NCBI GenBank assembly: GCA_044352465.1
Contig: JBILDU010000005.1
Coordinates: 1 to 58,471, forward strand
DNA from: Bdellovibrionota bacterium
Lineage (GTDB): Bacteria; Bdellovibrionota_C; UBA2361
DNA: 58,471 bases
Direction of reading: 5' to 3'
Below the pieces are notes generated by a model. That model made no database searches and was not told the DNA's origin. It worked only from the letters and a program-made list of their open reading frames with translations. This document shows positions 1 to 7,963 of the stretch, piece after piece. How positions within the stretch are numbered: position 1 is the first letter of the stretch; each line of letters begins with the position of its first letter. Both the position numbers and the translations under genes were made by a program.

Positions 1-97
1 GACACACGAACGCCACAAGCTCGAGCGCGGTGCCGAGGAGGAGAAAAGCGATCGGAAAATGAACGAGTGGCGGATGGAGCAGCTCGATCCGCCACAT
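1..97 (-). CDS. DUF2231-like membrane protein, 5' part only (runs off the window)
   Basis: Not in the ORF track. Manual translation from ATG at 97 gives MWRIELLHPPLVHFPIAFLLLGTALELVAFVC; the HPxxVHFPIA motif followed by a hydrophobic helix is typical of DUF2231. Confidence 0.7.
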   Translation of the reverse strand, partial: MWRIELLHPPLVHFPIAFLLLGTALELVAFVC

Positions 98-114
98 GTC
101 TGGAGGGACGGGGA

Positions 115-471
115 TCATTCGAGGATCTTTACCGCTGTTGGATCGAGTCGTTTACCGATCTTGTTTGCGGTCACCTTGACCTTCATTCCGGTCTTCAGAT
201 CGTCGAATTGAGCGGCTGAATTACCCTTCGTCACGGTCGTAGTATCGTTGAAGTAATACTCGTGTTTCTTTTCGGCAGAGAGCACGTAAATCTCTCGCTT
301 TGCGGGGACGATCTTGACGATCTCGCCCTCGATTTCAGAGGTCTTCGCTGCAACACTTTCGGCAGCAAACGCGCTCTCGTGAGGTGTCATTATTCCACCA
401 TTGAGGGTTAAAACGCAGGCGAGGACACACAGCGAGCGGAGGAATGTGTTCATAGAAGATACTCCACGCAA
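115..471 (-). CDS. Small exported protein with a beta-rich OB-like fold (DUF5666-like); start probably the ATG at 453
   Basis: Signal-peptide-like N-terminus; pattern EGEIVKI...TTTVTKG...FDDLKTGMKVKV. Confidence 0.55.
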   Translation of the reverse strand: MRGVSSMNTFLRSLCVLACVLTLNGGIMTPHESAFAAESVAAKTSEIEGEIVKIVPAKREIYVLSAEKKHEYYFNDTTTVTKGNSAAQFDDLKTGMKVKVTANKIGKRLDPTAVKILE

Positions 472-626
472 AAAAATTCCCAGAGGGAGAATTATCTTAA
501 ACAGGCTGATTACGCCAGAGTTTGGATCGGAAGGCTCGTTCGCTACAGGCTGCGCTTTGTCATACTGAAAAAGCTGTCTCCCAAAGACACTGCCGTCTGC
601 GAGTAATACTTTTATGTGGCAACACG

Positions 627-1106
627 ATGAAAAAGCACTGGTTTATAGTGGCGAATCGAAGTGGGATGCGGGTATTTGAGCAGCGCGGACTCGAACCTCA
701 CGCGCACCTTATCGAGACGATCGATAATCCCGACGGAAAGCTGCAGGTGCGGGAATTGGTGTCAGATCAGCAGGGAATCGCTGAAGCTAGTAAGCTTTAC
801 GGTGGGAGCGCGGTCGGGAACGAGCAGGCTCCGAAGCGGCGCATCGAAGATCGCTTCGCCCATGAAATTCGGGACTATCTCGATAGTCGGGCTCATGCCG
901 GGGCCTACGACTCCCTCTGCGTGATAGCCGAGCATCATCTCTTGGGACGGATTCGCGATCTCCTCGGCTCTCCCTCCCGAGAGCGGCTCACCTTCTCGAT
1001 TGCCAAAGACTACGGCTACCTGACCGACAACGAGGTCATCGAGCGTTTAAAACCATTGCTTTTCGAGCGAGAGCCGGTAACTGCGGCGCCCCAAACCGCC
1101 GGCTGA
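627..1106 (+). CDS. Host attachment protein (baeRF12/AtsE-like)
   Basis: From ATG 627: WFIVAN..., LVSDQQG, RFAHEI, YDSLCVIAE..LLG.IR, KDY motifs of the Host_attach family. Confidence 0.75.
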   Translation: MKKHWFIVANRSGMRVFEQRGLEPHAHLIETIDNPDGKLQVRELVSDQQGIAEASKLYGGSAVGNEQAPKRRIEDRFAHEIRDYLDSRAHAGAYDSLCVIAEHHLLGRIRDLLGSPSRERLTFSIAKDYGYLTDNEVIERLKPLLFEREPVTAAPQTAG

Positions 1107-1122
1107 CCTCTCCGGTCTTACG

Positions 1123-2667
1123 CTACATCGTTCGGAATTGGTGCCCCCGTCGTTTCGACCAGTCGACGAGCGGGAAGTTTTTGAGCTCCTCTGGAAGCTC
1201 AGTTAAAAGCCCCACCGGCCCGGAGCCAACCTTGGGGATGTAATCCTGCTTCCGGGCGTACAGGTATAAGCTCATGAGGCGTTCATTGGACTCAACCTCA
1301 AGAAGTCGGTCGGTCGAAAGACGAGCGGGGTCGGCATTGAAGCGCTCACCCAGAGATGCTGAAAGCTCGGCTAATTCTACTGCCACCGCCGCTACCCGCA
1401 CTGCCCGTTCACTCTTTCTTAAGTCGGCCGAGCGGATCTCTTGAAAAGCCGCGACGATGCTCGGAAGAATCTGCTTCGCAGTGCGATCGAAGTACGGATT
1501 ATTGGCATTGAGCCACTCAATCATCGTTTCGTAACAACCGTTCCGAATCTCCCGTGCGAGCGCTTTTTCGGCATCGGTCGTCGCAGCGGCAAACATCTCG
1601 GGAATCCCCGACTCGGTGTAGTCCATGCCACGCCTGATGCGGTAGCTGGTCATGAGCGAAATAGGGACGGTGGAGAGCCCGTGCTCCTCGTGGAGCGCGG
1701 CGAGATTCGGCTCGCGCTCAGACGGAAAGGTCGGCGTGCTAAAAGCGACGATCGGAATATACCACGGATCTTTTGTACAAAACCGCATTAAATGGCGAAT
1801 TCCTTGGGTATGCTCGATAACTTTTACCGCGTTCGCGATGAATTGCTCGCTCGGCGAAAGTGTTAACGCGGCGCGCATCTCAACCGTATCGAAGATCTGC
1901 ATAAACCGAGCCTTTCGCGCGGCTGATTCCGCTGTGAGTGGGCGTCGGGGGAGCACCTCGCTCGAAAACTGATCGAGGATATTATTGAGTGCATCGATCG
2001 ATACCTGATCGGCTTTGCCGATACGGGCGCGCTCGCGTAGTTCAGCGATCGCCCGATAGAAAGAGGTTGGCTCCCGCTCCTGAACCGCGAACACTGCAAG
2101 GTGGAGACCCACCTCGATGACCCGTCGTTCGATTTCGGGCAGCTCTTGGAGCTGTGAATTCTGGGCACGTTGGCTGAGCGTCGTAAACTCACCGAGGATC
2201 TCCCCCATGTCGTGCACAAGGCATCCGATGGTCAGGGCACGGTGAAGATCAAGAACCTCATTCGTTTGACGTTCAATCTTGGTGAGCCGGGCACGACGAA
2301 ACATATCAGTTGCAAGAATAACGCAATGGCCTGAATGCACCGCGGTGTTTTCGCCGAGCCATGGCTCGAGGTGGAATTCCCCCTTGAAGCGTTGGGTTTG
2401 TGAGAGCGCGGTAAGCATGAGCCCCGCGGTCTCGATGTCCCCCTGGTCGAGGTTAAGATGGCACCGTTTGTTGAGCTCGTGCGTCGCTGCGTTGAAGTCG
2501 TAGGCGTTATACTCATACGAGCCGAAAAGCGGCAGGAGTTGTCGAACCGTGTCGCGGTAAAAGCCCTCCGGGAAGTCCGGGAGCGGTCGTCTCGGTAGCG
2601 ACGCCCCCTCAAGCGGAGTTCGTTCGGCGTGTAATCCGAGGATATCAAGGGACTCTGAAGGCATCAT
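1123..2667 (-). CDS. Divergent HD-domain phosphohydrolase (YfbR/HD_3-like) with long extensions
   Basis: ENTAVHS...CLVHDMGEILGE resembles the YfbR-type ExVAEHS...LxHDxxExxxGD motif; 514 aa. Confidence 0.6.
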   Translation of the reverse strand: MMPSESLDILGLHAERTPLEGASLPRRPLPDFPEGFYRDTVRQLLPLFGSYEYNAYDFNAATHELNKRCHLNLDQGDIETAGLMLTALSQTQRFKGEFHLEPWLGENTAVHSGHCVILATDMFRRARLTKIERQTNEVLDLHRALTIGCLVHDMGEILGEFTTLSQRAQNSQLQELPEIERRVIEVGLHLAVFAVQEREPTSFYRAIAELRERARIGKADQVSIDALNNILDQFSSEVLPRRPLTAESAARKARFMQIFDTVEMRAALTLSPSEQFIANAVKVIEHTQGIRHLMRFCTKDPWYIPIVAFSTPTFPSEREPNLAALHEEHGLSTVPISLMTSYRIRRGMDYTESGIPEMFAAATTDAEKALAREIRNGCYETMIEWLNANNPYFDRTAKQILPSIVAAFQEIRSADLRKSERAVRVAAVAVELAELSASLGERFNADPARLSTDRLLEVESNERLMSLYLYARKQDYIPKVGSGPVGLLTELPEELKNFPLVDWSKRRGHQFRTM

Positions 2668-2679
2668 AGCAACAGTCCT

Positions 2680-4620
2680 TTACGCATCATTCATTTTTTT
2701 AACGTTCGCTCGCCCCGCAAAATACTGGGGTTCGTAGTGCTTCGTCGCGAGGTCGATAATCTCGGCACCCGCTCCATCTCTTCCGGCTCGGCCCGTACGC
2801 TGGGCCCATCGAATCGCCTCGGGGGTCTGGATGTAGTTGATGATCCGTCGGGCGGTTTGGGTGTCTTGTCCCACCTCCAGCGCGCTCGTCGCCACGATAA
2901 CGTGCGCGGCGCCGCTATCGAAGGCGCGGATGGCTTCGGTCCGACTCATCTCCACATCGTGTCCTGCTCCGACGCAAAGGACCGCACGGGTTTCGATATC
3001 CTTGGTGGTGTGAATTCGGTCGACTAAGAAGCGCGCCGCCTCGACCTGCTCGACGAAGATAATCGTGGGCTTCCGGTCGGGGCGCCCGGCGTCGCGTGCG
3101 AGAATTGAAAAAACCGCAGCTTCCTTCGGGTGATCGGAGTAGTCATGCCAGGCGAGTCGTTGGCGCAGGGCGGCGAGGAGGTCTTGGCGCAGCTCTGCCC
3201 CAGCGAGTCCGATTCGAGCCGGTCCCCCCGGTATCGCCCGCAGCGCCGCCGCTACCGTGGCGAGCTTGGGAACTACCTCGAAGGGTGTTCCCGCAGCGAC
3301 GGCGTGGTAAGCCTCAAGGACGTCGTGATCTCGATACACGTAGTGGACGTAGCGCGGTAGACTCGCCCGTGTTCGTTGGGCGGTTTTTGCGGTTTTTTCC
3401 TCGCGCAGGTCAGGAATATTAAGGGCGAGGAGCTTGTCGGCGGCAAGACGTAAAAATGCGTACCGTCCAAACCGAGTGAGTCGATCGTGAAGTTGCTGCA
3501 CCTGATCGAGTGCATGCGCCAGGGTCGCTGCCTGATAATAGGCGCCGTTACTGGAATGGAGAGCCACAAGCTCGCGTATTTCTCGGTGGATAGTCAGGAT
3601 CGCTTTCTTTACCGGCATCGCGAAGCGGGGGCCGGCAAGGTGGCGCTCGCGAATGGCCTGCGAGACCTCACCCGTATCTTCGTCGCCGAAATCAACAGCG
3701 AGGCCGTTCAGGTGCTCGGTAAGCGCGGTGAGAATACTTTTCGCCACGCTCCCCAGCTGCTCAGCGGCGAGGGTTAGGGTGGGATCGAGTTCGACGATCT
3801 TTGGGGGAAGAACCGTCTGTTTTAATACCGGGGTGGCGAGCGAGTATATCTCATTCACCCCTATATTTTGAAGAATGATAGCCCGCTGGGCTTTGTCTTT
3901 CCCCATCGTTCCCGTGAAGCCTAGGAGCCGCGCACCGCTTGTCGTAAAACGTTCCATAAGCTCAACGTAGGGAAGTTTGCCGAAGGCGAGGTGACATTCA
4001 TCGAAGATCGCGAGTTTTAGACGGGCAATTTGGGTCGTGTCGATGCGCCCAGCAATGATGTCGTTGAGGATTTTGCCCGGCGTTGTGATGACGAGGTGTC
4101 CCCCGGGGACTGCGAGGTCAACCGAGTAGAGACGCCCCCTTTTTTTTGGAGTCCAGTCGTCTCGCACCGTGTGAATCCGTGTCTCCTCAATTAAGAGTAT
4201 CTGCGCGGCACGCTCGGCTGTCTGACTAACCAGGTTATCGAAGGGAGTGAGGTAGATGACCGATTCGCCGCGCGAGAGGTATTGCGCCGCCACCGCGAGT
4301 GCCACGTTCGTTTTGCCGCTTCCAAGTGCACCTTTAACAGCGAAGTTCTTCGGCGTTGAGCAGATATCGTAGATACATTCGACCTGGCCTCTGCGGTAGC
4401 CGAACCGGTTGCGGTCGAGGAGAGACAGATTGCAACGCTCGATAAGTGCCCCGATAGTTGGGGGAAGGGGGTCGGAGGAGCTGGAGGCCGGAGCGGGAAG
4501 TCTCGTCTCGTCTCCCCAATCTGTGTTTAGGTTCAACGGAGCAGGGGTTGTTCTATTCACCCGCTTTGGTTCATCGGGGAAGAGGAATCCCTGACCGGGA
4601 GCATCGTGATGGCGTGGCAT
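2680..4620 (-). CDS. SF2 DExH helicase, Hef/FANCM/Mph1-like, without a nuclease domain
   Basis: Walker A GSGKT; TPGKILNDIIAGRID; IFDECH; FTGT; IIFVE; VATSALEVGQD; QRTGRAGR; helical insert between the RecA domains. Confidence 0.8.
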   Translation of the reverse strand: MPRHHDAPGQGFLFPDEPKRVNRTTPAPLNLNTDWGDETRLPAPASSSSDPLPPTIGALIERCNLSLLDRNRFGYRRGQVECIYDICSTPKNFAVKGALGSGKTNVALAVAAQYLSRGESVIYLTPFDNLVSQTAERAAQILLIEETRIHTVRDDWTPKKRGRLYSVDLAVPGGHLVITTPGKILNDIIAGRIDTTQIARLKLAIFDECHLAFGKLPYVELMERFTTSGARLLGFTGTMGKDKAQRAIILQNIGVNEIYSLATPVLKQTVLPPKIVELDPTLTLAAEQLGSVAKSILTALTEHLNGLAVDFGDEDTGEVSQAIRERHLAGPRFAMPVKKAILTIHREIRELVALHSSNGAYYQAATLAHALDQVQQLHDRLTRFGRYAFLRLAADKLLALNIPDLREEKTAKTAQRTRASLPRYVHYVYRDHDVLEAYHAVAAGTPFEVVPKLATVAAALRAIPGGPARIGLAGAELRQDLLAALRQRLAWHDYSDHPKEAAVFSILARDAGRPDRKPTIIFVEQVEAARFLVDRIHTTKDIETRAVLCVGAGHDVEMSRTEAIRAFDSGAAHVIVATSALEVGQDTQTARRIINYIQTPEAIRWAQRTGRAGRDGAGAEIIDLATKHYEPQYFAGRANVKKMNDA

Positions 4621-4625
4621 GGTTA

Positions 4626-7436
4626 CTACTCCGTTGGCCGTCCGGTACGTTTCCGTCGATTATCGCGCCGAATCTCGGCGAGATCTGATCGCCGTAGGTG
4701 TCGGGGGTGCCCCTCGATTTGTTGAGCCACCCGGTGGGCGAGCCGAAAGTCGCCGAAATCCAGTACGAGGTCCTCACGGTGCACCGCCGGATCCGCGGCC
4801 ATGGCGTCTTCTATCCATGCTGCCTCAGGCTTAGCGCTGAATTCGTGTTGGGTGAGGCGTCGCACGATAGTCCCGTTTCTCTGATTGACAAGGTTTATCG
4901 TTGCAGCGACATCGAACATCGTCCCGTCGAGATCGAAGAAAACGATCTCCCGCGCTGAATGGTGAGGTTTCACCTCACCGTTGCGAAGAGTTTGACAGAT
5001 CCCCCGCCAAATTCGTTCGGGATCGATTCGGTTGGCGTCGATAATCACGAGACGACCGGCGGGGAACTGCCGTGCCTTCTCTCGGGCAGCTTCGAGGTTG
5101 CGTTGCTCGTCCTCATAAAAGATAACTCGATCGTAGCGGCGGTGGAGCGGCTGTATCTCTCCCGTGGCGGTACGGTACTCTCCAGCGGCGAAATCCTCCA
5201 AGATCTGCGCCTTGCGAGCCGCCCCGCTGGGGAGATGACGAACCCGTAAGTTTAGCGTCTCGTCCGATACAAAATATAGATTCCGTTGCATGAAATCGTA
5301 CCCAGCGAATTGAGCGAGAGCATTGATATGTCCGAGGTTGCCTTCCCGACCACTTCGCAGGGTCAGGACTCCGAGCTCAGCACCCCGTATCTTAGCGGCG
5401 AGAAGGGCGAGGTGAGCCGGTTTGTAGGTCTTCAGGACATCGAAGACGATATCGCCTGTCGCATCGTAGAGCGCCGGGTCGACGAGGCAGCGGCTGAATT
5501 GGGCTCGAACGATGCGGGGTTCTTTCTCCTTATACGCCCGATAGAGTGGGTATATCTGGCTTGTATCGGTACGGTCTTCTTTGACGAAGGTGAGGTTTGC
5601 GAGAACCCACGCCCGTTCCCCGCCAGTCATCTGGTCGAATCGTTCCGCCATGAAGCGTTCAAATTGCTCACGTCGCTCCTGGGGGACGGGCCTGTGAACT
5701 TCGGTCGGCACCTCGTGGCGTTCTCGGGAGGTTCGGCTCGTTGAGACGAGCGCCATGATCCGGGGATTCCGGGCGTATTTCTGAAAATGCTCCTCAAGGA
5801 GTAAAAACTTCGAAGGAGCGAATTCGGCGAGTTGGCGGGGGAGACGAAAGTACTCCGCAAAGCTTACCGCGAAGTCCTCGCTCGGGTTAGCTCGGCTGTA
5901 GTCATCGATGCTCCACTCCGCGCGCACCGGATGACTAAACATCTTACGAGTATCGGCGTGGTAGACGAGAAAGACATCTTTTCCCTCGAGCTTAGCCACA
6001 TCATGGGCGACACGATATGAAACGCCATCGATAACCGCCGATTTCCCGCCGTGAGTAATGCGATATTTCGACGGCTCAACCACCGACCAACCGGAGATCC
6101 GGCGATATTCGCTCGAGTGAAAAAGTGGGGGATTGCGGCCATCCTCAAGTTTGGCTTGAGCTATGTCGTATCCCCGATCGCTCTCGTACACGTGAGCGAA
6201 CTCGTGGGTAAGGATGACCCCCAACGGACTTTTATTGCCGTAGGCTTTGCGGGTCTCGCTATCGACGTGGAGCCCCTCTCGTAGTTGGATCGTACCATCC
6301 TTAGCGATCCACAATCCGAAGACCGTCTCGGTCGGAGTAGAGAGCTCGTCATCGGGAGTTTTTCGGATCGTCTCCAAGTGTTTGCTCAAAACGACGAGAC
6401 ACTCCGGAAAACGCCGTAGGGTCCGATCAATTTCGGCGACCTCGGACGTGGACCAGAGATCTACCAGTCTTTGACCGCGTTCCTGGCGCAGCGTTATGGC
6501 GACACCGTATCGAAATTCGAGCTTAAGTTTCGCCGCAATCGAGTTGGCAAGCTCGCGAAACTCTGCCGCGTCGTCAGCCTCCTCCCGTTCCCGTGCGATG
6601 AGCCGAATGTTCGCGTCGATAATGTTGCGCATGCGCTTACCGAAGGGGGTATGGGCGAGTAGGGGATCGGAACGAACGATGCGGCGTGCTTCGCGGAGCG
6701 TTGCATCAAGTTCGTCGAGGTACAGCTCGGCCTGGTCTATCTTCGCGCAGCTCATGAGGGGGCACGGAATACGCAGATCGCGGAGCGAATCGATGATTTC
6801 GTGCCGTGCCAGGATATCAAGCATCTGAGCGCTTCTGGTGCGGCGCATAATCTGGGAGCCGACGTTGCGACACAATTCTTTGAGATCGGCGAGATCGTCA
6901 CAGGCGCGAAAAATCTCAGCGGCTAACTCATACCGGTCGCGGCGGCGTCCCGCGGTGTGGTCGAAGAGGTGTCGTACGAGATCTCCTTTCTCATCGTTCG
7001 AAAGGTGCTGAAGGAGAAACGGGACTTTGTCGCGGACGTACGGTCGAAGGTGCGCTTCCCCAAGACTCGCAGTGATAAAGGGAGTGATGAAAGCTACCCG
7101 TTTATCGGCAGGGGCGTTTTCGAGCGCTTTGGCGAGCTGCGGGAACGGCATACTGGCCCGGAGGATGATGGCGGGGTCGCTGGAGGCCCCGAGGCGAACG
7201 AGGTCGCGGCGGGTCTCTTTATCGAAGGTGCGAAGTTCCTTCAGCGGATCGAGTGCTTTGGTGACGTTGCCGGGGGTCGCGGCGGTATGAAGGCTCGGCG
7301 GTCCATCCGCACGATGGTTGGATTGAGGTGTGTGGTGCCCGAGATCGTTCATACAGCCGGTAGATCGTCGCGCGTCTTGACGCCGGGGCGAGTATACATG
7401 AGACCGCGAGCTTAAAGAAATTTGAGTGCCGCTCAC
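4626..7436 (-). CDS. Large fusion protein: zincin metallopeptidase-like domain plus C-terminal HAD-like domain; true start possibly 7352
   Basis: THEFAH followed by YSRANPSEDFAVSF (zincin); VLTLRS, K, FYEDEQRNL and FFDLDGT (HAD motifs). Confidence 0.65.
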   Translation of the reverse strand: MSGTQISLSSRSHVYSPRRQDARRSTGCMNDLGHHTPQSNHRADGPPSLHTAATPGNVTKALDPLKELRTFDKETRRDLVRLGASSDPAIILRASMPFPQLAKALENAPADKRVAFITPFITASLGEAHLRPYVRDKVPFLLQHLSNDEKGDLVRHLFDHTAGRRRDRYELAAEIFRACDDLADLKELCRNVGSQIMRRTRSAQMLDILARHEIIDSLRDLRIPCPLMSCAKIDQAELYLDELDATLREARRIVRSDPLLAHTPFGKRMRNIIDANIRLIAREREEADDAAEFRELANSIAAKLKLEFRYGVAITLRQERGQRLVDLWSTSEVAEIDRTLRRFPECLVVLSKHLETIRKTPDDELSTPTETVFGLWIAKDGTIQLREGLHVDSETRKAYGNKSPLGVILTHEFAHVYESDRGYDIAQAKLEDGRNPPLFHSSEYRRISGWSVVEPSKYRITHGGKSAVIDGVSYRVAHDVAKLEGKDVFLVYHADTRKMFSHPVRAEWSIDDYSRANPSEDFAVSFAEYFRLPRQLAEFAPSKFLLLEEHFQKYARNPRIMALVSTSRTSRERHEVPTEVHRPVPQERREQFERFMAERFDQMTGGERAWVLANLTFVKEDRTDTSQIYPLYRAYKEKEPRIVRAQFSRCLVDPALYDATGDIVFDVLKTYKPAHLALLAAKIRGAELGVLTLRSGREGNLGHINALAQFAGYDFMQRNLYFVSDETLNLRVRHLPSGAARKAQILEDFAAGEYRTATGEIQPLHRRYDRVIFYEDEQRNLEAAREKARQFPAGRLVIIDANRIDPERIWRGICQTLRNGEVKPHHSAREIVFFDLDGTMFDVAATINLVNQRNGTIVRRLTQHEFSAKPEAAWIEDAMAADPAVHREDLVLDFGDFRLAHRVAQQIEGHPRHLRRSDLAEIRRDNRRKRTGRPTE

Positions 7437-7581
7437 TTCGATGAACGGACGGACTCTAAGTCGGCGTTACGATGGTGTTTTTTGATTATAGGGGTGGAGT
7501 GAAGAGAGCTGATTCGAAGTAACTGCCGACCGGGAGGGGGAAAAACACCACCACCCGGTCGGCATGAAACGGCCCCGGCTC

Positions 7582-7836
7582 TCACCACCGACCGGTGACG
7601 ACGAGACGGGTAAGGACGGCGAGGGCGGAGAGGCCGAGGAGCGCCACAGCGACCCCCACCACACTCCACGCCCCCGAGCCCATGAATCCGAGGGTGATGC
7701 CACACAAGATCATCCCCTCGAACAAACACGCCAGGACCAGTGTGCGCATCAATCGATCCTGCTTTGGCATGAAAACCTCCGTCAGTGGAATCCACCCACC
7801 GAGAATACTCCGAGTATTCCTGGTTAGGGTGAACAA
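7582..7836 (-). CDS. Small two-TM membrane protein; start probably MPKQD at 7770
   Basis: Two hydrophobic stretches; co-oriented between argS and the 936-aa gene; GGAGG upstream of the ATG at 7770. Confidence 0.45.
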   Translation of the reverse strand: MFTLTRNTRSILGGWIPLTEVFMPKQDRLMRTLVLACLFEGMILCGITLGFMGSGAWSVVGVAVALLGLSALAVLTRLVVTGRW

Positions 7837-7963
7837 ACTTGAAAACCTTGAAAGCTTCGAATCGCTCTCTTCCTCTCCCCACGGTTGCGTGGAGAGGGGA
7901 GGGGGCCGAACGACGCAAGGGGACTCCTATCTGGTCTCCGACGAGAAGTCAAAAACACCGATT

